From Dehalococcoidia bacterium (GTDB taxonomy: Bacteria > Chloroflexota > Dehalococcoidia > UBA6926), in the NCBI GenBank assembly GCA_965243495.1, contig CBDEUZ010000007.1, forward strand, positions 30,817 to 94,816: a DNA stretch of 64,000 nucleotides, given 5' to 3'. Below the pieces are notes generated by a model. That model saw only the letters and a program-made list of their open reading frames with translations. It was not told where the DNA came from and did no database searches. Below are positions 37,042 to 45,749 of this stretch, piece by piece (the stretch's first letter is position 1; each line of letters opens with the position of its first letter). The translations under genes and the position numbers were made by a program.

Positions 37042-37731
37042 ATGCAGTTTGAGTCGCTAGAGTTTTATAAGGAGCATGGCAAGAGATACTCCCAGATGTC
37101 TCATGAATTTTCGCATTCGAATTACGACGAGATATCCCACCCCAAGCTGACAGGCGATATGGCTCTGCTGAATCGCGCAACTGACCTGGCGTCCGGCAAA
37201 CGCAGTCTGGATGCCGGATGCGGCGCCGGAGCCCGAGACGTGGCCCTGCTCCACTCCCGGGGTTTTGACGCGTACGGCATTGATGCCGTGGAGGAGAACA
37301 TCAATCTGGGCAGAAAGCTGCACCCGGAGATCGCCAACAAGATCAGCGTCGCCGACTTGAGGGAGCCCCTGGAGTTTGAGTCTGAGTTCTTCGATCTGAT
37401 TCTCTGCAATGCAGTCATCCAGCATCTGTCGCCGGAGGACGTTGAAACCACGACGATCCCGGAGTTTGCCCGGGTGTTGGCTCCCGGAGGCGTATTGCAG
37501 CTGATGTTTAAGGTCGGGTCCGGCATAGCAGAGGTGAGTGACCCGGCATTCGGGAACGACGGTGTGGACAGGCTATTCCAGCTCTACGAAGAGAAGCACC
37601 TGCTGGACATTCTTGACGAGTCCGGCTGCTCTCTCATTGAGGAGGAAGGCAGCGACAAGCTTGGCGGCCTGTTGTACTTCACCGACCACAAGCCGATGCG
37701 CTATTGCGTCTTCTGGGCCAGAAAGAACTAG
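37042..37731 (+). CDS. Class I SAM-dependent methyltransferase
   Basis: LDAGCGAG, GIDA, FDLILCNAVIQHL, RVLAPGG. Confidence 0.9.
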   Translation: MQFESLEFYKEHGKRYSQMSHEFSHSNYDEISHPKLTGDMALLNRATDLASGKRSLDAGCGAGARDVALLHSRGFDAYGIDAVEENINLGRKLHPEIANKISVADLREPLEFESEFFDLILCNAVIQHLSPEDVETTTIPEFARVLAPGGVLQLMFKVGSGIAEVSDPAFGNDGVDRLFQLYEEKHLLDILDESGCSLIEEEGSDKLGGLLYFTDHKPMRYCVFWARKN

Positions 37732-37743
37732 AACCGCTGCTGG

Positions 37744-38712
37744 CTAGAGCTGAAGAGGCTGCGCCTCAAGGGATGCGGCGGTTTTCTGGACATCACTGAC
37801 CGACACTTCCGCAATTCCGGTCATTCCGCACTTGAGCCCCGCATAGGCGGCGGCGAATCGCCCGATTTCCTCCAGCGACCAGCCCGCCCACAGCCCGTAC
37901 ATGACGCCGGCTGAACAGGCTGCGCCCGCTCCATTGCCGTCCACCACGTCCACCTGCGGAGGCCTCACGAGATATGCCTCATCGCCGTGCGCAACTACGC
38001 ACCCATCCGCCCCCAGGGTCACCACAGCCATATCCACCCCACGGTCTATCAGGCTGCGGGCTATGTCGGAAGGATCACCGGATGCTTCGGGAATATCCAG
38101 GGAGACCTGGCAGATGGTGGCTTCTCCAATCATGTCCGTGATCCACGTGTCACCATCGTACTGAGATTCCAGGTTGAGATAGACTGGCACGTCCTGGGAG
38201 ACGGCGTCCCGTACGGCATGAACGACGCTGGCGCCGTCATACCAATCGACATACAGTAGTCCCGCGTTCTTGAGTTGGGAAGGATCGGGCGGCCTCAGTT
38301 CTGCCATGGAGGCGGGATCTCTCCGCTGAAAATACGTTCGGCCTCCGTCGGGGTCGATAATCGACACTTCGAACGGAGTCGGCCAACCTTCCTTGACGTG
38401 CTGCCGGACATTCACGCCCAACGAATCGAGTTGCTCTTTGACGCTCTCGCCGCGCTGATCATCTCCTAGCGGTGACGTGATGAGACGTGTTGGAACGTCC
38501 CAATGAGTCAGGACGCTTGCAGCGATGGCGGCATCATCACCCAGTGATTCCAATGAGTCCAGGATCGGCGCCCCGCCATTGTGCTCGGGCAGTTCATCCA
38601 CCTTAAGTAAAAGGCAGTGAGTCAGTAATCCAAAACAGACCACGTCTCCCTTGCCAACGTGGGCCGGAAGTCGGTTTCCATTCGCGCGTGCTCCGTTGCT
38701 TGAAGTAGACAT
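37744..38712 (-). CDS. PfkB/ribokinase-family kinase
   Basis: VVTLGADG and anion-hole DGNGAGAAC (variant of DTxGAGD); probable start MSTSSNG. Confidence 0.85.
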   Translation of the reverse strand: MSTSSNGARANGNRLPAHVGKGDVVCFGLLTHCLLLKVDELPEHNGGAPILDSLESLGDDAAIAASVLTHWDVPTRLITSPLGDDQRGESVKEQLDSLGVNVRQHVKEGWPTPFEVSIIDPDGGRTYFQRRDPASMAELRPPDPSQLKNAGLLYVDWYDGASVVHAVRDAVSQDVPVYLNLESQYDGDTWITDMIGEATICQVSLDIPEASGDPSDIARSLIDRGVDMAVVTLGADGCVVAHGDEAYLVRPPQVDVVDGNGAGAACSAGVMYGLWAGWSLEEIGRFAAAYAGLKCGMTGIAEVSVSDVQKTAASLEAQPLQL

Positions 38713-38934
38713 TACGGTTTTCCCCCAATCGCTCCCCTCTTGGTGCCAGACGTTCTGGTGGCAACAGTTGGAAATGAGGGAGCCAACGTTTGCCGATGTT
38801 AACGCACTTAAGAAAGATTGTCCATTCAGGCAGTTGCCGCTTGTCCCCGTAGACTCGCGCGCCACGTTTGACGGCGGGCGCATGATGGCCGTTCAATGGC
38901 CTCAGTCGGAGCAAAGTGAATTGTGGAGTCAAAC

Positions 38935-39633
38935 ATGAAACTGAATGGACGGCGGGTCATTGTGACCGGGGGCAGTCGCGGCATAGGATACCGGATCAGC
39001 GAACTCTTCCTCGCTGAGGGTGCTCACGTTCTGGCTGTGTCCCGGAACTCCGAGAAGCTCACCGAAGCACAAGCACAGCTCCCTGCCCTTGCCACTCTGT
39101 CTGCCGACGTTTCAATCGCATCGGACATCGACCGCGTCGTTGCGTGGGCTGAGAACGAATGGGGCGGCGTCGACATCCTGATAAACAACGCGGGTGTGCT
39201 GGATCCAAGTGAGCGAGGCCTAACGGAAGGGCCTGACGAAATCTTCTTGTCCACCCTCCAGGTGAACGTTACTGGCGTGTATCTATGCACCAAGCGGTTG
39301 TTGCCGCTGCTGCTTCGGTCGGACGACCCTCGCATCGTCAACGTGGGTTCGATGTCGGGCATCCTTGGGCCGGGACTGCGCGGCTCCTACGGTGTGTCCA
39401 AGGCGGCCCTGCACGCGCTTACGATCGCCACCGCCAATGAGCTGCGAGGAAAGGTTCCCGTCAACGCGCTTTCGCCCGGTTGGGTCAAGACAGATATGGC
39501 CCCCACCGGCCCCGGAGACCCCAGATCATCGGCGCAGGGGGCGCTGTGGATTGTCACGCGCCCGCCGGACGTGACAGGCAAGCTCTTTCGCGGCAACCGC
39601 ATTCGTTCCTGGTCTACACGTTCAACATCATAG
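38935..39633 (+). CDS. Classical short-chain dehydrogenase/reductase
   Basis: VTGGSRGIG, LINNAG, YGVSK, PGWVKTDM. Confidence 0.93.
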   Translation: MKLNGRRVIVTGGSRGIGYRISELFLAEGAHVLAVSRNSEKLTEAQAQLPALATLSADVSIASDIDRVVAWAENEWGGVDILINNAGVLDPSERGLTEGPDEIFLSTLQVNVTGVYLCTKRLLPLLLRSDDPRIVNVGSMSGILGPGLRGSYGVSKAALHALTIATANELRGKVPVNALSPGWVKTDMAPTGPGDPRSSAQGALWIVTRPPDVTGKLFRGNRIRSWSTRSTS

Positions 39634-39671
39634 ACAACGAGCACGAACCCGACAGCGGGTTCCCCTGATAG

Positions 39672-39830
39672 ATGCCGGACATCATGCGCGCTTTGTATTA
39701 AGTCCTCGGAACCATCCTTCTCTTCGTGGCTTCCTTCACCACTGCCCTAACGAGACTTCAAATGGCTCAGTCGAAGACGAACGAGGATGCCGACGCGGCA
39801 AAGCCAAAGCGAAGGGGCCGCTCCCAGTAG
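39672..39830 (+). pseudogene. Possible small single-TM protein interrupted by an in-frame TAA
   Basis: MPDIMRALY*VLGTILLFVASFTTALTRLQMAQSKTNEDADAAKPKRRGRSQ*; TAA at 39699-39701. Confidence 0.3.
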
Positions 39831-39846
39831 ATGGGAGCGGCCCCTT
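39812..39846. terminator. Perfect 15-bp hairpin, likely terminator between convergent units
   Basis: AAGGGGCCGCTCCCA-GTAGA-TGGGAGCGGCCCCTT just downstream of the collagen-like gene. Confidence 0.8.
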
Positions 39847-39876
39847 TACGGCTGTTCTTTGTGTTACTGCGCCAGT

Positions 39877-41016
39877 TTAGCCTGCTATCTTGGCACAAAC
39901 TGCGTAGACGGTGAGCGTCCAGTTGCCAGCGACTTCGTTGATCTCTGTGGCGCTTGCTTCCCATCCTGTGGGAACTCCACCAACCACTCCCACCGGGCGG
40001 GATTCTGTTATGGCTACGCCGCCACTAGAGGAATCTACTTCCGCGCCGCCGGAGATTGCAGAGAAGCCTGAGCCAACCGACGAGCAAAGCACGGATTCAC
40101 TCTTGTCAGCATCGCTGTTCGATGAGCTTTGCGACCTAGCGATCCGAAGGTCGGATACTCCCGGCTCGCCTTGCTCGCCCTGAGGACCATGCGGGCCTGC
40201 CGTGCCTGTAGCTCCTGTGGCTCCGCGTTGTCCTGCCTCACCTTGCGGCCCGCGTTGTCCTTCCGCACCTTGCGGGCCAATCGGTCCTTCTGGGCCCTGA
40301 GGTCCTTCGGGGCCCGTTAGGCCTTGCTCGCCTTGCTGACCTCGTGGTCCCTCAGGTCCGGTTGGGCCTACCGCGCCTTGTGGGCCTTCCGGTCCTACAG
40401 CGCCGGCCGGTCCGGGCAATCCTTGTGGACCCCTATCACCTTGTATGCCTTGTGGGCCTTGTGGGCCTGCCTCACCTTGTGCACCGCGAGGCCCAACAGG
40501 TCCCTGCGATCCGGCCGGCCCTGGGTCTCCCTTGGGTCCTTCAGGTCCGCCTTCAGGTCCCCGAGGTCCTTGCACGCCCTGAGGTCCTGGCACGCCCTGA
40601 GGTCCTTGTATTCCCTGAGGCCCTGGAGGTCCTACATTACCTTGCGGGCCTGTCTCACCTTGCGGGCCTGTCTCACCTTGCGGGCCTATCGGCCCTGTCG
40701 GACCGGTCGCGCCCCGAGGCCCTTGAGGACCACCCGGGTCTCCCTGGGGTCCTGCCGGTCCTGTGGCTCCTGCCGGTCCTGCCACGCCTTGTGGTCCTGA
40801 CGGTCCTGCCTCGCCCTGAGGTCCTGCCACGCCCTGAGGGCCCTGAGCCCCGGCCGGTCCGGGCTCACCCTGCGGTCCCTGAGCTCCTGCAGCTCCTTCG
40901 CATGCAGCTGCAAGCATCATGACTATCGCAAAGGCCGAGATAGCCACAATCGCCGCCCAGCTTCGCACGGGCGCAATCGATTTCACATACTTTGACAAGG
41001 CTGGCATTATACCCAT
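39877..41016 (-). CDS. Collagen-like triple-helix lipoprotein
   Basis: Lipobox LAAACEG; about 82 Gly-X-Y triplets in three blocks; Cys-bracketed C-terminal domain ending YAVCAKIAG. Confidence 0.9.
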   Translation of the reverse strand: MGIMPALSKYVKSIAPVRSWAAIVAISAFAIVMMLAAACEGAAGAQGPQGEPGPAGAQGPQGVAGPQGEAGPSGPQGVAGPAGATGPAGPQGDPGGPQGPRGATGPTGPIGPQGETGPQGETGPQGNVGPPGPQGIQGPQGVPGPQGVQGPRGPEGGPEGPKGDPGPAGSQGPVGPRGAQGEAGPQGPQGIQGDRGPQGLPGPAGAVGPEGPQGAVGPTGPEGPRGQQGEQGLTGPEGPQGPEGPIGPQGAEGQRGPQGEAGQRGATGATGTAGPHGPQGEQGEPGVSDLRIARSQSSSNSDADKSESVLCSSVGSGFSAISGGAEVDSSSGGVAITESRPVGVVGGVPTGWEASATEINEVAGNWTLTVYAVCAKIAG

Positions 41017-41377
41017 TCCTTTCACCTCACCCCAACGCTCTGTTTCAATCCTCAAGCGAAATACCATGAATGTCAAGGACTTCGCTCGACTATCTATGAC
41101 CTCGCCATAAAGGAGACGGACTCACGCGGCGCACGGACTCGCGGCCTTCTCGATTGGCATCACATCTTTGACCGCGTGACCTGCTTGCCGGAGGCGCTCC
41201 CAATCAGAATAGCAGTATTCGTGCTTCCTTGACACCCCCGCCGCCTCTAAAATCTGAGTTCCGCATCATCCAAATCGAACCAGCAAGGGAACCCGGACAA
41301 ACGCTACTTCCGTTGAACCTGTCCCTCCCGCTACATCGTGAACGGAAGAGAACTTCACACGGCACCGCCCTGCGCCG

Positions 41378-42517
41378 TCAGTAGATTCCGGGCATGATGC
41401 GCCATTTGACACGGGACTTATATTCAGCCCATTTCTCAGCCCCGTACTTCTCCTCGCAGTGCGTTTCATCGCTGCGCTGGCGCCACGTGAAGAATGACAC
41501 GACGAACACGAAGTATGCCCATGCCCAGGGATTCAGGAAGTGGCCGAACGAGAGGCCAACTGCGAAGGACAAGAATCCCTCACCCATGTAGTTGAAGTGG
41601 CGGGCGACGCCCCAGAGGCCCGTGTACAGTATCTTGCGCTCGCCGGCCTCGATGTACTTCGGCTCGATGATGCCGAGGAACTTGCGATCCGGCCACCTCT
41701 TAAAGGTGTATTTCTGGAGGTTGGCGCCGCGTCCAATACTCCAGCCCAGGAGGAAGAGCGCGGTGGAGCCAATGAGCCAGACGTAGGTCCAGAAGTCGGA
41801 GAATCCGGGATGCGGGTGCGCGGCCATACCCCAGAGCGGCAGGATGAACACCCAGCCGTAGATGACGATTCCGCCCCAGAACATCTTGAATCCCATGCGT
41901 TCGTAGATCAGATCGTAGGTGTAGAGCTGGACACGCTCCCAGATGAAGTAATCGAACACGTAGAAGGTGAAGAACGCTGCATAGAGGAAGACACCGGGGT
42001 TGAAGTCGCTTCCAAATTGGTCGTAGTGCCACGCCGCGCCGGACATGGCGTTGAGCGACAACATAGTGCCGCCGACGACGTAGAAGTACATCTTGATATC
42101 GACGCGTTCCCCGAATAGGGATATCTCTCGCGCTCGTCCTTCCCAAAGAGCGAGCAACGGGTTCTTGATGTCTCCCTGCGGCTGGCTATAGACCGCGACT
42201 ATGGACATGATCAGGGTGAAGACGGTGCCGCCGGCGATGGCGTACAGGGACGACCGATAGAACCAGTCACGCGGCATACCCGTGATTTCCGTCGCCCAGA
42301 TGGCGACCGCAAGGAGGAAGACAAGGATGCCGTTCAGTCGATAGTTGCGTGGTTGGCCGGTTTCCTGATCAACGACATACCCGGGTACTTTTCTGCCGGG
42401 CAGAATAAACTGTGCTAAGAGGAATGCGGCGAAGATGGCAAGGGGCGTGAAGAACCCCGCGACGGCCTCGGCGCCCGAAAGCTCGAAGAGGTGCTCGATA
42501 CCAAGCCATTCAATCAT
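41378..42517 (-). CDS. ERG4/ERG24-family (delta14-sterol reductase-like) membrane reductase
   Basis: YRLNG, GANLQKYTFK, GLWGVARHFNYMGE, DETHCEEKYG..W.EY..RVKWRIMPGIY. Confidence 0.88.
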   Translation of the reverse strand: MIEWLGIEHLFELSGAEAVAGFFTPLAIFAAFLLAQFILPGRKVPGYVVDQETGQPRNYRLNGILVFLLAVAIWATEITGMPRDWFYRSSLYAIAGGTVFTLIMSIVAVYSQPQGDIKNPLLALWEGRAREISLFGERVDIKMYFYVVGGTMLSLNAMSGAAWHYDQFGSDFNPGVFLYAAFFTFYVFDYFIWERVQLYTYDLIYERMGFKMFWGGIVIYGWVFILPLWGMAAHPHPGFSDFWTYVWLIGSTALFLLGWSIGRGANLQKYTFKRWPDRKFLGIIEPKYIEAGERKILYTGLWGVARHFNYMGEGFLSFAVGLSFGHFLNPWAWAYFVFVVSFFTWRQRSDETHCEEKYGAEKWAEYKSRVKWRIMPGIY

Positions 42518-42557
42518 GACGGAAGACCCCTCTCTCCGATGACGAGGTTATTATGCC

Positions 42558-43115
42558 CTATTCAGGTTTTGCGTAGGTGAGCCGCCATTCTTCCCCGAAT
42601 TCTTCATAGATAAACACCATGTAGATCAAGCCTCCCTGGAAACGCGCGGTGTGCCTGACTTCCCACCTGCCCGGGGCGATCTCCGTGGGCGGAGACGTTT
42701 CCTCCGCAGTTATAGCCAGATTCAGGTTCCTGAAGGGCTCCATGTTTGTCCGGATCTCTTCCACTTCCTCTTGCCAGTAGTCTTCCGAGTAGAAGACCGC
42801 CAGCGCATCCGGGTCATACATGTTGTAAACGTCCCATAGGCGCATGGTCTTTTCACTGAGGTGCCCGGCGATGTCCGTTGATTCGCCAGACGCGGGTTCC
42901 TCTTCCGCTTCTACGGTTGGTGTGGGCTCCACCTGAGGCGCTTCAGTGGCCGTCGGGGCGGGGGCACGTGTTTCAGAATCGTTGCTGTCGGTTGTTTCTT
43001 CGGCTGATCCGCCGCACGCGGCCAGGACAAGGAGCAGTGCCAGGATAGCCGCCAGCACCATCCCTCTCTGCAACAGACCGGCCTTCCTGTGTAACGGCAT
43101 TTGGCGTATGGACAC
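42558..43115 (-). CDS. Lipoprotein, unknown function
   Basis: LLLVLAACGG lipobox, acidic Pro/Thr linker, small C-terminal (NTF2-like?) domain. Confidence 0.7.
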   Translation of the reverse strand: MSIRQMPLHRKAGLLQRGMVLAAILALLLVLAACGGSAEETTDSNDSETRAPAPTATEAPQVEPTPTVEAEEEPASGESTDIAGHLSEKTMRLWDVYNMYDPDALAVFYSEDYWQEEVEEIRTNMEPFRNLNLAITAEETSPPTEIAPGRWEVRHTARFQGGLIYMVFIYEEFGEEWRLTYAKPE

Positions 43116-43449
43116 TCCACTACCTCCCGGGCAGGCTCTTCTTGTTTACCAGGTATTGTCCTGCCCTCGCCCACATACACCATGAGCAGGTTGTCATTGT
43201 CAACCCTGCGCCGCTGTCAGGAAAAGACCATATCGGAAGTATTGCATTTCCCGGTAGCACGTATACTTCCCAAAGTGATCGGAGAGCATGCGCCCTTAGT
43301 TATTATCGACGACGAGGAATCAGATCCCGCGTGCCGGTGAATTTTCACTGTCTGGGCATGTGCCGGTTTCTTCACAGTTTTGAAAATCGCGCATGCCGCT
43401 GTATCCTTATCGTAAAGCAATCTCACTTGCCCGCAGATTGGAGCACGCT

Positions 43450-43965
43450 ATGGAAGCACAAGCATCTGTGTCCGGCGCCCAGCAAGGCGGCCTTGTTGGT
43501 GAGGGTCAGTACCAGATTTATTCGTACAAAATCGACATTCAATCAAGCCGCGCGCCTGAGTTTGTGGATGTCACAGATTGGGTACAGGATATCGTGGAGG
43601 ACACCGGCGTCCAGTACGGTTCGGTGCTCGTCTATACCAAGCACACCACAACCGCCGTTGTCATCAATGAATTGGAGCCGCTGCTTCTCGAAGACGTTGG
43701 CCACATCCTTGAGCATTTCGCGCCGCGCGAGGGTGGATATCAGCACAACGATTTCGAGATTCGGACCGTCAACATGAACGACGACGAGCCCCCCAACGGC
43801 CATGCCCATTGCCAGCAAATCGTCATGGGGAGTAGCGAGACGATTCCCATCATCGCTAATCGACTCCAGTTCGGCATGTACCAGCGGATCTTCTTCATTG
43901 AGCTGGATCGCCCGCGCCCGCGCCAGCTGATCATCCAGGTGATGGGAGTCCAGGGAGAGAAGTAA
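43450..43965 (+). CDS. YjbQ/UPF0047 family protein
   Basis: HTTTAVVINE, YQHND, NGHAH, FGMYQRIFFIELDRPRPR. Confidence 0.88.
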   Translation: MEAQASVSGAQQGGLVGEGQYQIYSYKIDIQSSRAPEFVDVTDWVQDIVEDTGVQYGSVLVYTKHTTTAVVINELEPLLLEDVGHILEHFAPREGGYQHNDFEIRTVNMNDDEPPNGHAHCQQIVMGSSETIPIIANRLQFGMYQRIFFIELDRPRPRQLIIQVMGVQGEK

Positions 43966-44849
43966 TGCGGATGAGCGAGGCAGCTAAAGTTCCTGCCTCA
44001 CTTGAGTCCGCTTACAGCGAGTGCATCGCCATTGCGCGATCGCACTACGAGAATTTCTCTGTAGCGTCGCGCCTTATGCCACGTGACATGCTTCCTCACG
44101 TTGCCGCCATCTATACCTACTGCCGCGGTGTGGATGACCTCGGCGACGAGGCAACAGGAGACCGCCTTGCGCTGCTGGATGAATGGGCGGCGCAGCTGGA
44201 GCAATGCTACTCCGGCTCCCCGACCGAGCCTCGATTTCTCGCTCTCCAACACACCATCTCGGCCTTTGACATAGAGCGGCAGCCGTTCCTCAATCTCATC
44301 GAGGCCAATCGGATGGATCAGGTCAACACGCGTTACGCAACATACGAAGACGTGCTGCACTACTGCCGTCATTCCGCGAACCCCGTTGGCGACTTGTATC
44401 TCACCTTGATCGGCAAGAACGACCCGGAGCGGCGTGCGCTGTCAGATGCCACCTGCACCGCCCTCCAGCTCGCCAATTTCTGGCAGGACGTTAATCGTGA
44501 CTATGCCACGGGCCGAATTTACCTCCCGCAGGAGGACATGCGCCGATTCGGGTACACGGAGGAAGAGCTTGCGCGAGGCGAGTGCTCGCCCGCTTTTCGC
44601 GATCTCATGGCGTTCCAGGTGGACCGGACACGACGGCTGTTCGAGGAGGGCTTGCCACTTGTCGATACGCTTGACGGCATCTTCAAACTGCACGTCAAGT
44701 TATTCACGCTGGGCGGCCTCCGCGTCCTTGACGCCATCGAGGGCCAGAACTACGACGTGCTTTACAAACGTCCAACGGTGACAAAGGCACGTAAGACGTG
44801 GCTGCTGGCAAGGACGTGGCTTGGGATGAAGATCACGAGGCAGATCTAA
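43965..44849 (+). CDS. hpnC: Squalene pathway enzyme HpnC (hydroxysqualene synthase)
   Basis: HYENFSVAS, DDLGDE, YCRHSANPVG, QLANFWQDV..D...GRIYLPQED. Confidence 0.88.
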   Translation: MRMSEAAKVPASLESAYSECIAIARSHYENFSVASRLMPRDMLPHVAAIYTYCRGVDDLGDEATGDRLALLDEWAAQLEQCYSGSPTEPRFLALQHTISAFDIERQPFLNLIEANRMDQVNTRYATYEDVLHYCRHSANPVGDLYLTLIGKNDPERRALSDATCTALQLANFWQDVNRDYATGRIYLPQEDMRRFGYTEEELARGECSPAFRDLMAFQVDRTRRLFEEGLPLVDTLDGIFKLHVKLFTLGGLRVLDAIEGQNYDVLYKRPTVTKARKTWLLARTWLGMKITRQI

Positions 44850-44861
44850 AGGCGACGCATC

Positions 44862-45749
44862 ATGGTATCGCTAGCTGCGCCCCTTGAGGCATACGAGCAC
44901 TGTCGCAGGATAACGCGCGAGGCGGCGGGCAATTTTTACTATGCGTTTGTCACACTGCCACGCCACCGACGACGCGCCATGTACGCCGCCTATGCGTACT
45001 GCCGCCTCTGTGATGACCTCTCCGACGATGACCTGCCAATCAACGAGAAGACCCAACGGATTCAGGGCATCGACACATTGCTGGAAGAAGCGCGGGCCGG
45101 GAATCCCGACGGCCCGGTATTCGAGGCTCTGGCACATGCCGCTGCGGAGTACAACATTCCCTACGAAGACCTTATTGAGGTGGCGCGCGGTGTTGAGATG
45201 GATCTCACCATCTCCCGCTATGAGACCTTTGATGACCTCAAGACGTATTGCTACCGTGTGGCGTCGGTGGTCGGGCTCATCTGTATTCAGATCATGGGCT
45301 ACACGGATCAGCGCGCTCGCGAATACGCCATCGATCTTGGGCTAGCCATGCAGCTCACAAACATCCTGCGGGATATCCGCGAGGACGCCGAACGCGGCCG
45401 CATCTACATCCCACAGGAGGACTTGCGACGATTCGGCTACAGCGAGGAAGACCTGCTGGCGGGCACTGTGAACGATCAGTTCAGAAGCCTGATGGAATTC
45501 GAGGTGGCTCGCGCCAGGGAGTATTTCGAGCGCGGAAAGCGGCTGCTCAAGCTCCTGCCCGTCCGCACGCGCGCCTTCCCTGCCGTGCTCGGCGGACTTT
45601 ATGGCCGAGTACTCGATAGAATCGAAGCACGGAACTACAACGTCTTTGAAGGTCGGGTTGGCCTGTCAACCCGCGAGAAAGTCGGGTTGGCGGTGCGACT
45701 GTGGATTCAGAGTTACATCCCGATGGAGCGCGTAGCCACTGCGTGGTGA
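44862..45749 (+). CDS. hpnD: Presqualene diphosphate synthase HpnD
   Basis: NFYYAF, DDLSDD, YCYRVASVVG, QLTNILRDIREDAERGRIYIP. Confidence 0.88.
   Translation: MVSLAAPLEAYEHCRRITREAAGNFYYAFVTLPRHRRRAMYAAYAYCRLCDDLSDDDLPINEKTQRIQGIDTLLEEARAGNPDGPVFEALAHAAAEYNIPYEDLIEVARGVEMDLTISRYETFDDLKTYCYRVASVVGLICIQIMGYTDQRAREYAIDLGLAMQLTNILRDIREDAERGRIYIPQEDLRRFGYSEEDLLAGTVNDQFRSLMEFEVARAREYFERGKRLLKLLPVRTRAFPAVLGGLYGRVLDRIEARNYNVFEGRVGLSTREKVGLAVRLWIQSYIPMERVATAW

Noticed and set aside
40324-40922. Plus-strand repetitive ORFs and 9/18-bp DNA repeats
   Set aside because: Explained by Gly-X-Y codon periodicity on the minus strand.
41229-41253. TTGACA...TAAAAT sigma70 promoter
   Set aside because: The spacer is only 13 bp and no plus-strand gene follows.
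43234-43271. GGAAGTAT-N20-ATACTTCC inverted repeat upstream of yjbQ
   Set aside because: A single 8-bp pair with no second instance; could be chance.
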